Positions 55,738 through 64,000 of a stretch of DNA of 64,000 nt are shown here, piece by piece (the first letter of the stretch is position 1; each line of letters begins with the position of its first letter). The notes beneath the pieces are model-generated. The model did not search any database, was not told the DNA's origin, and saw only the letters and a list, made by a program, of their open reading frames with translations. The stretch is taken from IMG/VR virus record IMGVR_UViG_3300021254_000021, positions 128,001-192,000 of that record; one strand, 5' to 3'. Source of the stretch: a virus. Its lineage: Duplodnaviria; Caudoviricetes. A program made the translations under genes and the position numbers.

Positions 55738-56216
55738 ATAACACTGTCTCTCTACTACCTTCTAATAATGAGTATAACCTTCAATTAACTATGATTGACG
55801 AGGCTATGCGGTTACTAGGCTTTCAGTGTTTACTCATAGACATAAAAGACATAAATATGTATTTGGATGATCGTACATTGGATCATGCCTTTGATTATCG
55901 CATTCTTTTACAGGAATACATAGACAAGAAAATACTAGCTAACTTATCTTGGCAGAATGTGGAAAAGCAACAGCAAGGACAGGTAGCTTTTGCCCCGATA
56001 CAATGGGGAGGCCGCCATTTCTCTGTTGTAGAGAATATGGTAATTAAGTTATTCAATGGAGATCTTTGGCAGATAAAGGAAGTCAATAGAACCTACTTAG
56101 TAGGTCTATGGTATGTTATAAAGATTGTTCCTTATGTCCCAGAGAAGGATCGTCCACGTGAAGAAAAACAAATGAAATCACAATTCTTTGACCCACTTCG
56201 TCAAGAAGTTTTTTAA
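55734..56216 (+). CDS. Hypothetical protein, possibly neck/head-closure-like
   Basis: EYNLQ..MIDEAMRLLG weakly resembles gp14-type neck protein N-termini. Confidence 0.45.
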   Translation: MNNTVSLLPSNNEYNLQLTMIDEAMRLLGFQCLLIDIKDINMYLDDRTLDHAFDYRILLQEYIDKKILANLSWQNVEKQQQGQVAFAPIQWGGRHFSVVENMVIKLFNGDLWQIKEVNRTYLVGLWYVIKIVPYVPEKDRPREEKQMKSQFFDPLRQEVF

Positions 56217-56242
56217 CAATTAAGTAATAGGGAGATTTTATA

Positions 56243-56455
56243 GTGAAAGAGGAAGGAATACAGCTTGAGGGTACAGTAGTAGAGGCTTTCCCAAATGCTA
56301 TGTTTAAGGTAAAATTGGAAAACAATGTAGAGGTCTTAGCTTCTATATGTGGAAAAATTCGCAAGTTCTCTATCCGCATATTGCCACAGGATAAAGTAAT
56401 TGTAGAGCTGTCACCCTATGATTTAACCAGAGGGCGTATCCTTCGTAGATTATAG
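56243..56455 (+). CDS. infA: Translation initiation factor IF-1
   Basis: [17 protein letters not shown]...GK-R...[21 protein letters not shown]. Confidence 0.95.
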   Translation: MKEEGIQLEGTVVEAFPNAMFKVKLENNVEVLASICGKIRKFSIRILPQDKVIVELSPYDLTRGRILRRL

Positions 56456-56650
56456 TCAACTACCAACCGCCTAAAGGCGGTTGGCTTGTAACTGACCCGT
56501 AGCTCTTGATCGAGTTTTTGAAGCTCTACTACGTTTTTTACCAACTTTCTTTTCAGAGTGTTGGCTGTCGTTACATCGTGGGGTGATTGACTGCACCCCT
56601 GTTTGAAGAGATATGCTCTCCGAACATTCTGTTTGCTCTTTAATCCAGTT
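56455..56650 (-). ncRNA. Predicted TnpB omega/reRNA scaffold overlapping the tnpB 3' end
   Basis: Follows established TnpB architecture; scaffold ends at ...GGTAGTTGAC. The 5' limit is approximate. Confidence 0.6.
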
Positions 56651-57742
56651 CAGACCAAGATTAAACAGATTCATTGCTCCTATTCTATCGTCATTTGAAC
56701 GATAACCACAATTCTTACAACAGAAACAATGGAGCTTCTTGTCTCTATTTGACTTTTCAATATGCCCACATTTCGGGCAACACTGGCTTGTATAGCGTGG
56801 GTCAGCATTGATTACCAAACAGGAGTTTCGTTGTGCCTTGTATTTCAGCTTTTGTTCAAGGTCATAATACGACCAACTAACTGAAACATAACGGTCTTTT
56901 CTTTTGACCTTTTCCGTTGCACCACGAATCCCTTTCAAGTTTTCAAGCACAAACAAAGTTTTTGAAGGATTACTGGTTATGAGTGCCTTCGATACACAAT
57001 GGTTTACATCGTTCATCCAACGGTTTTCTCGTTGCCCAATCTTCTTCAAACGTCTTCTACTTGATGATGTACCCCGTTTTTGAAGTTCTGTTCTTAATTC
57101 TTTGTACTGCTCCCTTTTATGCTTTACTTTTCCTCCGTTAAAGAATGTTGATTTACCTTTTGAATCATAACTTACTGCTAAGAAATTTATACCACGGTCA
57201 ATGCCAACCACGTTGTAAATTTCAGAAACCTCACAATCCTCAACTTCTGATGTGACTGGGATATGTAGGTAGTATTTACGTTTTGAGCAAACAAGTCTGG
57301 CTGTACCGAACTTGAATCTGTCTTTGTCGAAATACTGTTCCATTCCTTTAATGTCGAATGGAGCTTTAATTCTACCGTCCAAAGTATTTACGCTGAAAAC
57401 GCCCTGAACAAGAGAATAATCCCTATTCCATACAAGGTCTAATTGAGGTTTTCTGAATTTCGGCTGAATCCATTGATGCTCTTCTGCAAGGATTGTCTTG
57501 TATTTGGCTATCACTGTAATAATGGCAGAGCAAGCCATCTGAGATTTTAGACCAAATTTGTCACGCAATTCGTCATAAAGATCATTATGGATCGTTTCTC
57601 GTTTGAGACATTTGTTTTCAAAGCAATAAGCCGCAATTCTGTCACAGGCAATGGAATACTGCACCATTGAACGGTCAAGTATTTTACGAACTGACCGTTC
57701 TGGGTGTATCTGAACCTTAGCTGTGACAACGATTTTCGACAT
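56471..57742 (-). CDS. tnpB: RNA-guided endonuclease TnpB
   Basis: RuvC-I GIDRG, RuvC-II VLENL, YTSQ-CPKC...CKNC Zn ribbon and RuvC-III DDRIGAMN. Confidence 0.95.
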   Translation of the reverse strand: MSKIVVTAKVQIHPERSVRKILDRSMVQYSIACDRIAAYCFENKCLKRETIHNDLYDELRDKFGLKSQMACSAIITVIAKYKTILAEEHQWIQPKFRKPQLDLVWNRDYSLVQGVFSVNTLDGRIKAPFDIKGMEQYFDKDRFKFGTARLVCSKRKYYLHIPVTSEVEDCEVSEIYNVVGIDRGINFLAVSYDSKGKSTFFNGGKVKHKREQYKELRTELQKRGTSSSRRRLKKIGQRENRWMNDVNHCVSKALITSNPSKTLFVLENLKGIRGATEKVKRKDRYVSVSWSYYDLEQKLKYKAQRNSCLVINADPRYTSQCCPKCGHIEKSNRDKKLHCFCCKNCGYRSNDDRIGAMNLFNLGLNWIKEQTECSESISLQTGVQSITPRCNDSQHSEKKVGKKRSRASKTRSRATGQLQANRL

Positions 57743-57772
57743 TATTCTACCTCAAAAAGAAAGCCAAACAAA

Positions 57773-57801
57773 TTGACTTTCATTAGAGTAGATAGTATAA
57801 T
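57773..57801 (+). promoter_or_regulatory. Near-consensus sigma70 promoter for tnpA
   Basis: TTGACT-17 nt-TATAAT. Confidence 0.75.
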
Positions 57802-57836
57802 CAAATTTGTTGAAAGTCAAGTGTTGAGAGGTAAAG

Positions 57837-58241
57837 ATGATCAAAAGGTACACGCGCAAAAACCGCAGGAAGTTCAGCCTAAAAGTACATCTGATTTTCG
57901 TAACCAAATATAGACGACCTATTTTAGTCGCTGGGTTGGATACTTGTGTTAAGGACAAGATTACTGAACTGTGCTTGAAACATGAGTGGGAGATTGTGGC
58001 TATGGAAACAGATAGAGATCACATTCACTTACTCTTGAATTATGATGCCACTGAGAGGGTTTCAGACATAGTGCATTGCCTGAAACAAGAGACTACATGG
58101 GAATTGTGGCAAAATTTCTATTGTTTTCTGCGTCCTAGATATTGGAAAAAGCACATATTCTGGTCTGATGGATATTTTGCTTGTAGTGTTGGAGAAATTT
58201 CTACCGAAACAGCTAGACATTACATAGAGAATCAAGGGTAG
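57837..58241 (+). CDS. tnpA: Y1 HUH transposase TnpA
   Basis: HLIFVTKYRR, DHIHLL (HUH), FWSDGYF and YIENQG. Confidence 0.95.
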   Translation: MIKRYTRKNRRKFSLKVHLIFVTKYRRPILVAGLDTCVKDKITELCLKHEWEIVAMETDRDHIHLLLNYDATERVSDIVHCLKQETTWELWQNFYCFLRPRYWKKHIFWSDGYFACSVGEISTETARHYIENQG

Positions 58242-58396
58242 TTTGGTTGCTCGCATTCCTCCCACGGGCTAAAGCCCGTGGGTTTCCTGCTCGCGGTTCT
58301 TATGAAAGAAAAAGAAGTATCCTGATCTCTAATTAAACAAGCAAAACCCCCTTGAATAATCTATTATATAGTAGCCTTTTCAAGGAGGGTTTTATT

Positions 58397-60016
58397 ATGA
58401 GAAAGTTGAAATGTGAAGCAATTAAGGGTGATGCTCAATCTTTACAGCCAATGATTGACGCACTTAAAGAGAATCCATCCAGAATAAAAGAGCCGGGCGC
58501 ACAGCCAATAAACTCTGATATATCAGATGTCGTAATTAACTTTCTGAATGAGTGTTGCTCTTTTGATGGTATCGAATTTCAAAATGCTATGGGTGTATTT
58601 GGCCGTAGCACAACAGGCAGACGTTTATTTGATTCCTTATCCTCTTTGGATATTGTATGGTATTTAAATAATGAGCCTTTAAGTAATAAAGGTTGGCGGG
58701 AAATGATTAACACTAAACTTGCCCAACCAAAACCTCGTTATTTTGAAGTTGAGATGCCTGCTATGCTACGCTTCAACGTTAAAGGCTATACAATTGTCGA
58801 ATATACAGGTACATTTAAAGTTAGTGGTTCACCAAGACAGCCTGATAAAACAATGTATGGGTTGACATTTAAAATTAACATGACTTTAAAATATGCACAG
58901 GCTGATGATTTCTGGACAAAACTAAACCCACCCTCTGATGATTATTATAGTGGGCTTGATATGGATGATGAACAATACACAAAAGAGTATAGCAAGGTTA
59001 CCCATGTTCCATTCACCTCTTTATTCAAAGATGGCAAGGATGTAGATTTATTTAGAAGTGTTAATAAATCATTTAAGGCAGATACATTAGCCTCATTAGT
59101 TCTATTGGCAAATGGGAAATCTTTAATTAACGGCGATAAAGGCGTAAGAGGAGAGGGCAAAAAAACGGATATTTGGTTTAGCCAGACCCACTCTTATACC
59201 AGAGTTGAAGTGGAAGGGTTTGTTGTCTATGATGGTAAAAAAGATGATTGCCCAGAACGTCCAAGACTAATGAATTTAATTAAGGATGAGGTAAACTCAT
59301 TGCCAGAGGCAGACTCATATTTATCTGCTGAATATGATATTCAAGTTTTTGTCTATGATAGTGATGATGATTTATCCTATAAGCAGATGGCAACATTAAA
59401 AATGACAAAGATTAAGAATACTTATTGTGGTACAATTATAAATGAAAAGCAGATGATTCCTGTTTCCAAACCAAAAATGATGGACTTTGAAAGATTGGAA
59501 CGTGACAATACCATAGTCAAAGATATTCAAAAAGACTTTGTAGATGATTTAGAAGTAAAAGATACGCTAGGTGTGGACACAAGAGATCCATTCTTTTCAG
59601 ACCATATTCTTAGCTTCATTCGTTCCTCTAAAGACTCCATTCTTAGTGATGCCACATTAACTCGTGACTTCATTCTCTCTGGTTATTTAGAGGAAACAAG
59701 ATACGATCTTTTCCGTATTAAGACATTGAAGGATATTCCTGTATGGAATGATTTTCTGGATGAATTAGAGAAGTATGATTATAAAGCCTCTACAACAGAG
59801 GAGTTTGTATTTGATCTTAGCTTTAGTGTTATGCTGAAAACATTAAAAGGAAAAGAGGAAATACTGCAATATCACGGCACATTGTCTTTAGAGCTTGAAA
59901 GCCCGATTAGAACACACGTAAGAATCTCTATGAAGTCAAGGAAAACAAATACAGATATTCCGCGTGATTATTTACCAAAACCTTTGGTAAATCGCTATTC
60001 CAACTTAGATTTTTAA
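58397..60016 (+). CDS. Large hypothetical protein (MRKLKCE leader), probable virion protein
   Basis: AAGGAGG RBS before ATG 58397. Confidence 0.65.
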   Translation: MRKLKCEAIKGDAQSLQPMIDALKENPSRIKEPGAQPINSDISDVVINFLNECCSFDGIEFQNAMGVFGRSTTGRRLFDSLSSLDIVWYLNNEPLSNKGWREMINTKLAQPKPRYFEVEMPAMLRFNVKGYTIVEYTGTFKVSGSPRQPDKTMYGLTFKINMTLKYAQADDFWTKLNPPSDDYYSGLDMDDEQYTKEYSKVTHVPFTSLFKDGKDVDLFRSVNKSFKADTLASLVLLANGKSLINGDKGVRGEGKKTDIWFSQTHSYTRVEVEGFVVYDGKKDDCPERPRLMNLIKDEVNSLPEADSYLSAEYDIQVFVYDSDDDLSYKQMATLKMTKIKNTYCGTIINEKQMIPVSKPKMMDFERLERDNTIVKDIQKDFVDDLEVKDTLGVDTRDPFFSDHILSFIRSSKDSILSDATLTRDFILSGYLEETRYDLFRIKTLKDIPVWNDFLDELEKYDYKASTTEEFVFDLSFSVMLKTLKGKEEILQYHGTLSLELESPIRTHVRISMKSRKTNTDIPRDYLPKPLVNRYSNLDF

Positions 60017-60034
60017 TATACAGGAGATATAACA

Positions 60035-61717
60035 ATGCGTATAAGAAAAGAATCGCTATCACAAAAGTTGGATTTATCTGCTTTTGAAAACATATTTACA
60101 GATCCATTAACCTTTAATGTTAAAGACTCCCATTTCTCTGGACAGGAAGTAGTAACCAACCTTATTTCTCATTATGGAGCTTTATCAGGTGGGAACTATT
60201 GTGTATTTGAACAGGGACATTGGGGTCAAGGATCTGTTAGTACAATATCGGATAAATCCCGTCTATCAGAAGGACTTTCCGATCTTTCTGTACAGTCAGC
60301 AATAGAATGTGGGGCTTATTCTTTAATGACATTAGAAGGTGACACACTTGTCAATGGTGATTCCCTTTCATTATCTTTGAGAAAACCCGTAGCCCGCATT
60401 GAGGATGAAATAACAGAGATTACACATACCACACACGCATTCTATGATTTGGAAATGAGTATTTTTACTAAGGACAAAACCAAAGTATTTACTTGTCTTA
60501 ATGAAGTAGAAATATCGCTTAGTGGTGATGATTACAAAGTACAGGTAACTAATAAAAATAAGAAACGTTTAAATCAGGATAAATTAGATCGTTATTCCTC
60601 TTTGGATATGAGGGACGAACCACCTATCCAAAGAGATAAACACCTTCCAGACGATAAACGTTTTGACGATTTAGACATTCCACAGAGAAAGAAAAGAGTG
60701 CCTAAACCTAAAGATGGTTATATGATGAATCCTGCTGATCTTAAAGGTAATGACCCAACCATAGCCAATAGAATTAGAAATTTGGATATGAATAGGTATT
60801 CCCGAAAGAATGAAGAAGAATTAAAACTTATTCAACAGCAAGACATTTCAACAGATACCGTTTTAGGACAGAACCTTGCAAAGACGGCTACGCAGAAATT
60901 AGGGAAACAGAATATTGCTACACAACAGCAAGTCTCCCCTTCTATTCAAAAGCAAGCCGATAAAATGTCCTATGCACAGGCTTATGAATATGTCAATGAT
61001 GTAAATAAGGCTTGGGAAGATGCAGATCCATATAATCAATTTGCCGATACCATAAAACTTGTAGATCAATGGTATAAACAGGATTCAGCAACACTTATAA
61101 ATGATTCTCTAATGGGTGCTTTTAAGTATATAGATGATCTTTATAAAGCCTCTGAATTAGCCCGTAAAATAAGTAAATTAGAGGATGATATATCCAAGAC
61201 AAAATCACGCTCTGAATTAACTAAGTTAAAAAAAGAGCTTGTACAAGTTAGAAAAGAGTTTGATGATACAATGAGTCTTATTACTGCGGGCAGAGGTAAA
61301 ATTTCACAAGGTAAAGAAACATTGGATGCCTCTGCTTCTAAACTTGAAGCGAGTTTAGAAGAATACCTAGATGATTATATGAGCAATAATGCCTTGTGGA
61401 AAACAGTTAAAGGTAAAATGGAAAAGATGGCTAAACAGGTAGAGATGATGGAAGCATTAAAGAATAAGTATGCTTCTAACTTAGATCTACCGCCTCTTTT
61501 GTACAGGTACAAGGATTTAATGGCTACACCTACGCCGTCGATTATAGACATAGAGAGCTTAAAGATAAATGATGTCGATGTGCTTTATAAGGCTTGGTAT
61601 GCTGATATGATGCAGTATCGTAAAACACTTGAGAGTTTTAATGATTCATTCCAAGCTAATTATGATGCTTTAGCCAGAATACTAGGTGTTAAAGCAAAGA
61701 CACGTTCCCTATTCTAA
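60035..61717 (+). CDS. Large coiled-coil hypothetical protein (MRIRKE leader), probable virion protein
   Basis: 560 aa; AGGAG RBS; helical C-terminal half. Confidence 0.65.
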   Translation: MRIRKESLSQKLDLSAFENIFTDPLTFNVKDSHFSGQEVVTNLISHYGALSGGNYCVFEQGHWGQGSVSTISDKSRLSEGLSDLSVQSAIECGAYSLMTLEGDTLVNGDSLSLSLRKPVARIEDEITEITHTTHAFYDLEMSIFTKDKTKVFTCLNEVEISLSGDDYKVQVTNKNKKRLNQDKLDRYSSLDMRDEPPIQRDKHLPDDKRFDDLDIPQRKKRVPKPKDGYMMNPADLKGNDPTIANRIRNLDMNRYSRKNEEELKLIQQQDISTDTVLGQNLAKTATQKLGKQNIATQQQVSPSIQKQADKMSYAQAYEYVNDVNKAWEDADPYNQFADTIKLVDQWYKQDSATLINDSLMGAFKYIDDLYKASELARKISKLEDDISKTKSRSELTKLKKELVQVRKEFDDTMSLITAGRGKISQGKETLDASASKLEASLEEYLDDYMSNNALWKTVKGKMEKMAKQVEMMEALKNKYASNLDLPPLLYRYKDLMATPTPSIIDIESLKINDVDVLYKAWYADMMQYRKTLESFNDSFQANYDALARILGVKAKTRSLF

Positions 61718-61807
61718 AAATTTAATTCCTTTCGGTATATAAAGAGAGGCTTACATAAGTCTCTCTTTTTGTTTTAGAGAGCGCCGTCACATATAATAAA
61801 GGAGACT

Positions 61808-62653
61808 ATGATGGACGAGGAAATTAAAGACACTGTTATTGAAGCAGAAACAGAAATTAAAGAGGATCAAAAAGAAGCACCAAAGGGTGAGGATATTTAT
61901 GTAGAGAATGATCCCCGTGATTTAGAAAGAATGCTAGGTATTGCACCATCTGATATGGATGAGGATGATACAGATGAATCCGAAAATGAAGAATCGAATG
62001 ATGTAAAAGAAAGTGATGGTGATGAAGAAAGTGATGAAGAAAAAGAGGAGATAGAAGATGTAGAGGAAATGGTTGAGGAAACAAAGCCTATCCTACTTTC
62101 CGATTTCATGTATGAGGATAAAGACGCTTTTACTTATCTTAGCCATGATGCAGGATCATACCAAGTACTATCCATTCCAATGGATGATAAGAAAGGTATT
62201 AGACAGGCCGTGAAAAGCTCCGCCTACATTTTCCGTTATCCGAAATTCTTATTAAAAGACAAAGTTTTAGGATTTACACAGACGGCAGAGACTACGGATA
62301 TTCTATACAAAGTCTTTTTCCCAGAATATTCTCTTTCCTTCAAAGTAGATGATAATTACATGAAGTCGTCATACTCTGAATCTTTTAAGGAATATTTTGA
62401 GGATTTAGTTACCCGAACACGTCCAAAAGATATAGTTATTGAGAAATACAAATCCTCAATAACCATTAACTCTTTGAAGGTAATTGAAACAGGTATCTTA
62501 GAGGTTTCTACGGATAAGGGTACAAAGCACCTTCTTTTAAAGAATGCTAACGTATCTTTCCACTGTATATTAGATTATATTAGGGAATTATCAGACCAAG
62601 GAGAGGAAACCTTAACATTGAAGCTCCTACCTGAGTTTTTTGTAGAGATATAA
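61808..62653 (+). CDS. Hypothetical protein with very acidic N-terminus
   Basis: AAGGAG RBS; first ~90 aa are D/E-rich. Confidence 0.65.
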   Translation: MMDEEIKDTVIEAETEIKEDQKEAPKGEDIYVENDPRDLERMLGIAPSDMDEDDTDESENEESNDVKESDGDEESDEEKEEIEDVEEMVEETKPILLSDFMYEDKDAFTYLSHDAGSYQVLSIPMDDKKGIRQAVKSSAYIFRYPKFLLKDKVLGFTQTAETTDILYKVFFPEYSLSFKVDDNYMKSSYSESFKEYFEDLVTRTRPKDIVIEKYKSSITINSLKVIETGILEVSTDKGTKHLLLKNANVSFHCILDYIRELSDQGEETLTLKLLPEFFVEI

Positions 62654-62739
62654 TCTACTTAGTAGCTAGATTCTTATGTGAAGGGTGTTATAAAATACAC
62701 CCTTTTTCTTTATATTCTCAACAGGAAGGGGAGAGTTTT

Positions 62740-63408
62740 ATGTTAATTGCGGTAGAAGGATTGATAGGTGCATCTAAAAGTACAAACAGTCAGGCTTTAG
62801 TAGAAGCGGGGGTGTGTGATAAATATATACCAGAGCCAGTGCAGGATAACCCGTATCTTGAGGAGTATTACGCCTTCCCAAAAGAAACGTCGTTTAAAAT
62901 GCAAGTTTTTCTTTTAAATGCTCGTTATAAATCCTTTCAAAAAGCACAGTGGGAATCTTTAGGAAATCCAGATATTAAAATAGTTGCGGACAGATCTTTT
63001 TATGGGGACTTTGCTTTTGCTCGTGTGCAAAAAGAGGAAGGTTTAATGTCTGCTTTGGATTTTCAAACATACCAAGACCTTCACCTTACTTATCAAATGT
63101 CCCTTTTATTCCCAGAGTTGATTATTTACCTTAAATTATCACCAGAACAGGCTTTAGAGAGAATAAATAATCGCGGGCGTGGTTGTGAGTCTGGAATATC
63201 TTTATCGTATTTAAAAGACTTAAATGAAGCGTATGAGGATTTAATGAATGAGCTATCCCAAAAGACTAATGTCCTTACAGTGGATGCTTCCCGTTCCAAG
63301 TCGGATGTTTTGCAAGACTGCATACAGACTGTAAACAAGGTATATGCTAAGATTCAGGACAATCGAATGAATGGGAGATTCGCAGGTTACATGGGCTCTT
63401 TTGTGTGA
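62740..63408 (+). CDS. Deoxynucleoside kinase
   Basis: IAVEGLIGASKST P-loop, EPV, MQ-F-L--RY, DRS and RINNRGR--E. Confidence 0.9.
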   Translation: MLIAVEGLIGASKSTNSQALVEAGVCDKYIPEPVQDNPYLEEYYAFPKETSFKMQVFLLNARYKSFQKAQWESLGNPDIKIVADRSFYGDFAFARVQKEEGLMSALDFQTYQDLHLTYQMSLLFPELIIYLKLSPEQALERINNRGRGCESGISLSYLKDLNEAYEDLMNELSQKTNVLTVDASRSKSDVLQDCIQTVNKVYAKIQDNRMNGRFAGYMGSFV

Positions 63409-63506
63409 TTGCTTTTTTAAGTAGAAATAATAACACTTTTATGGTATATAGGGTTATAGGGAGTGTGGTATTCCCTATAACCCTTTTCTTTTTGTGCAGG
63501 AGTGTT

Positions 63507-63800
63507 ATGATGTCTAAGGCGGATGATTTAAACAGAGGTATTACGCAATGCCTACGAAACATTGAATGGATGGAAGCTCAACTTTCCTTACTTAGGGTTA
63601 TGAAGTTCACACAAGCTCAACCTTTTCTGGATCAAATAGGATATAATTGGGCACGAGTCAGAGAGATGCTTTCTGAGTTAAATTCTTTGGGTATTCGGTA
63701 TAAGAAGGATAGGACATACTATATATCTAAGCCCGATATAATATCGAAAGTTTGGAATTACACAGAGATGATTCAGAAGTCAACTACCCACGGGCTTTAG
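63507..63800 (+). CDS. Hypothetical protein; C-terminal STTHGL is contributed by the mini-element
   Basis: AGGAG RBS before ATG 63507. Confidence 0.6.
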   Translation: MMSKADDLNRGITQCLRNIEWMEAQLSLLRVMKFTQAQPFLDQIGYNWARVREMLSELNSLGIRYKKDRTYYISKPDIISKVWNYTEMIQKSTTHGL

Positions 63801-63829
63801 CCCGTGGGTTTCCTGCTCACAATTTAGAA
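63779..63829. mobile_element. 51-bp single-hairpin IS200/IS605 derivative (PATE-like)
   Basis: GTCAACTACCCACGGGCTTTAGCCCGTGGGTTTCCTGCTC...; joins both ends of the 56455..58301 type of element; followed by ATGAAAG. Confidence 0.85.
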
Positions 63830-64000
63830 ATGAAAGTCAGACTTTTAAAAGCAAGTAATCTTTCCATAGCTTATAATAAACAACCCATTCTCGCCAACAT
63901 TTCTTTTGAGATAGAGGAAGGGGAATGGGTTTTGATACAGGGTTTTAATGGAGAGGGCAAGACTACACTAATTAAAACCCTGTTAAATCTACATCCTTAT
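63830..64000 (+). CDS. ABC transporter-type ATP-binding protein, 3'-truncated by the window
   Basis: MKVRLLKASNLSIAYNKQPILANISFEIEEGEWVLIQGFNGEGKTTLIK (Walker A); not in the supplied ORF track. Confidence 0.8.
   Translation, partial: MKVRLLKASNLSIAYNKQPILANISFEIEEGEWVLIQGFNGEGKTTLIKTLLNLHPY

Larger units (their letters stand above)
56455..58301 (-). mobile_element. Autonomous IS200/IS605 element with divergent tnpA and tnpB
   Basis: Hairpin GTCAACTACCAACCGCCTAAAGGCGGTTGG at 56455; hairpin CCCACGGGCTAAAGCCCGTGGG at 58261; ATGAA flank at 58302. Confidence 0.9.

Noticed and set aside
56471-57742. Cas12f or catalytically dead TldR call
   Set aside because: It lies within IS ends next to tnpA, has no array, and the RuvC D-E-D residues are present.
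1152-63562. Short minus-strand and nested alternative-frame ORFs in the supplied track (other than tnpB)
   Set aside because: They are shadows of longer + strand genes and lack RBSs or recognisable motifs.
1-64000. tRNA, rRNA, reverse transcriptase/DGR or retron
   Set aside because: No cloverleaf/T-loop signature, RT motif or template/variable repeat pair was seen by eye; tRNAscan-SE and a self dot-plot would be needed to exclude them fully.

Overview
This 64 kb window is AT-rich, gene-dense and almost entirely + strand. It is best read as part of a large (probably jumbo, myovirus-like) lytic phage of an anaerobic host, using the standard genetic code. Nucleotide and replication genes: nrdD/nrdG, thyX, two Zn-dependent deaminases, a deoxynucleoside kinase, and a family A DNA polymerase split by four inteins. 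Host-like genes: infA (IF-1), a formate/nitrite channel, a ferritin-like protein, a DnaJ-domain protein and an ABC ATPase cut by the window end. Likely anti-defence genes: a Dam-type methylase, a nuclease-less type IIG-like M-S methylase, a broken beta-class methylase, and an RNA ligase next to a phosphoesterase. There are also two hypervariable blocks of small hypothetical genes. Three IS200/IS605-superfamily elements share the same (G/T)TCAACTACC left end and ATGAA right flank: an IscB with omega-RNA, an autonomous tnpA+tnpB element, and a 51-bp single-hairpin mini-element. The most unusual signals are: (i) an IscB-type PLMP/RRXRR domain fused to a P-loop ATPase protein, behind a four-hairpin leader; (ii) about a dozen otherwise unrelated proteins with a shared N-terminal M-x-K-L-K-[KR]-x-x-E-like leader, resembling a capsid-targeting/protease-cleaved signal, including two ART-like paralogues and a SprT protease; (iii) a captured R-M gene whose nuclease domain appears replaced by a phage gene start; (iv) degenerate tail-tube- and capsid-like domains in accessory proteins; (v) repeated intergenic leader cassettes. 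No CRISPR array, tRNA, rRNA or reverse transcriptase was seen. All family calls come from motif recognition by eye; no database search was run.
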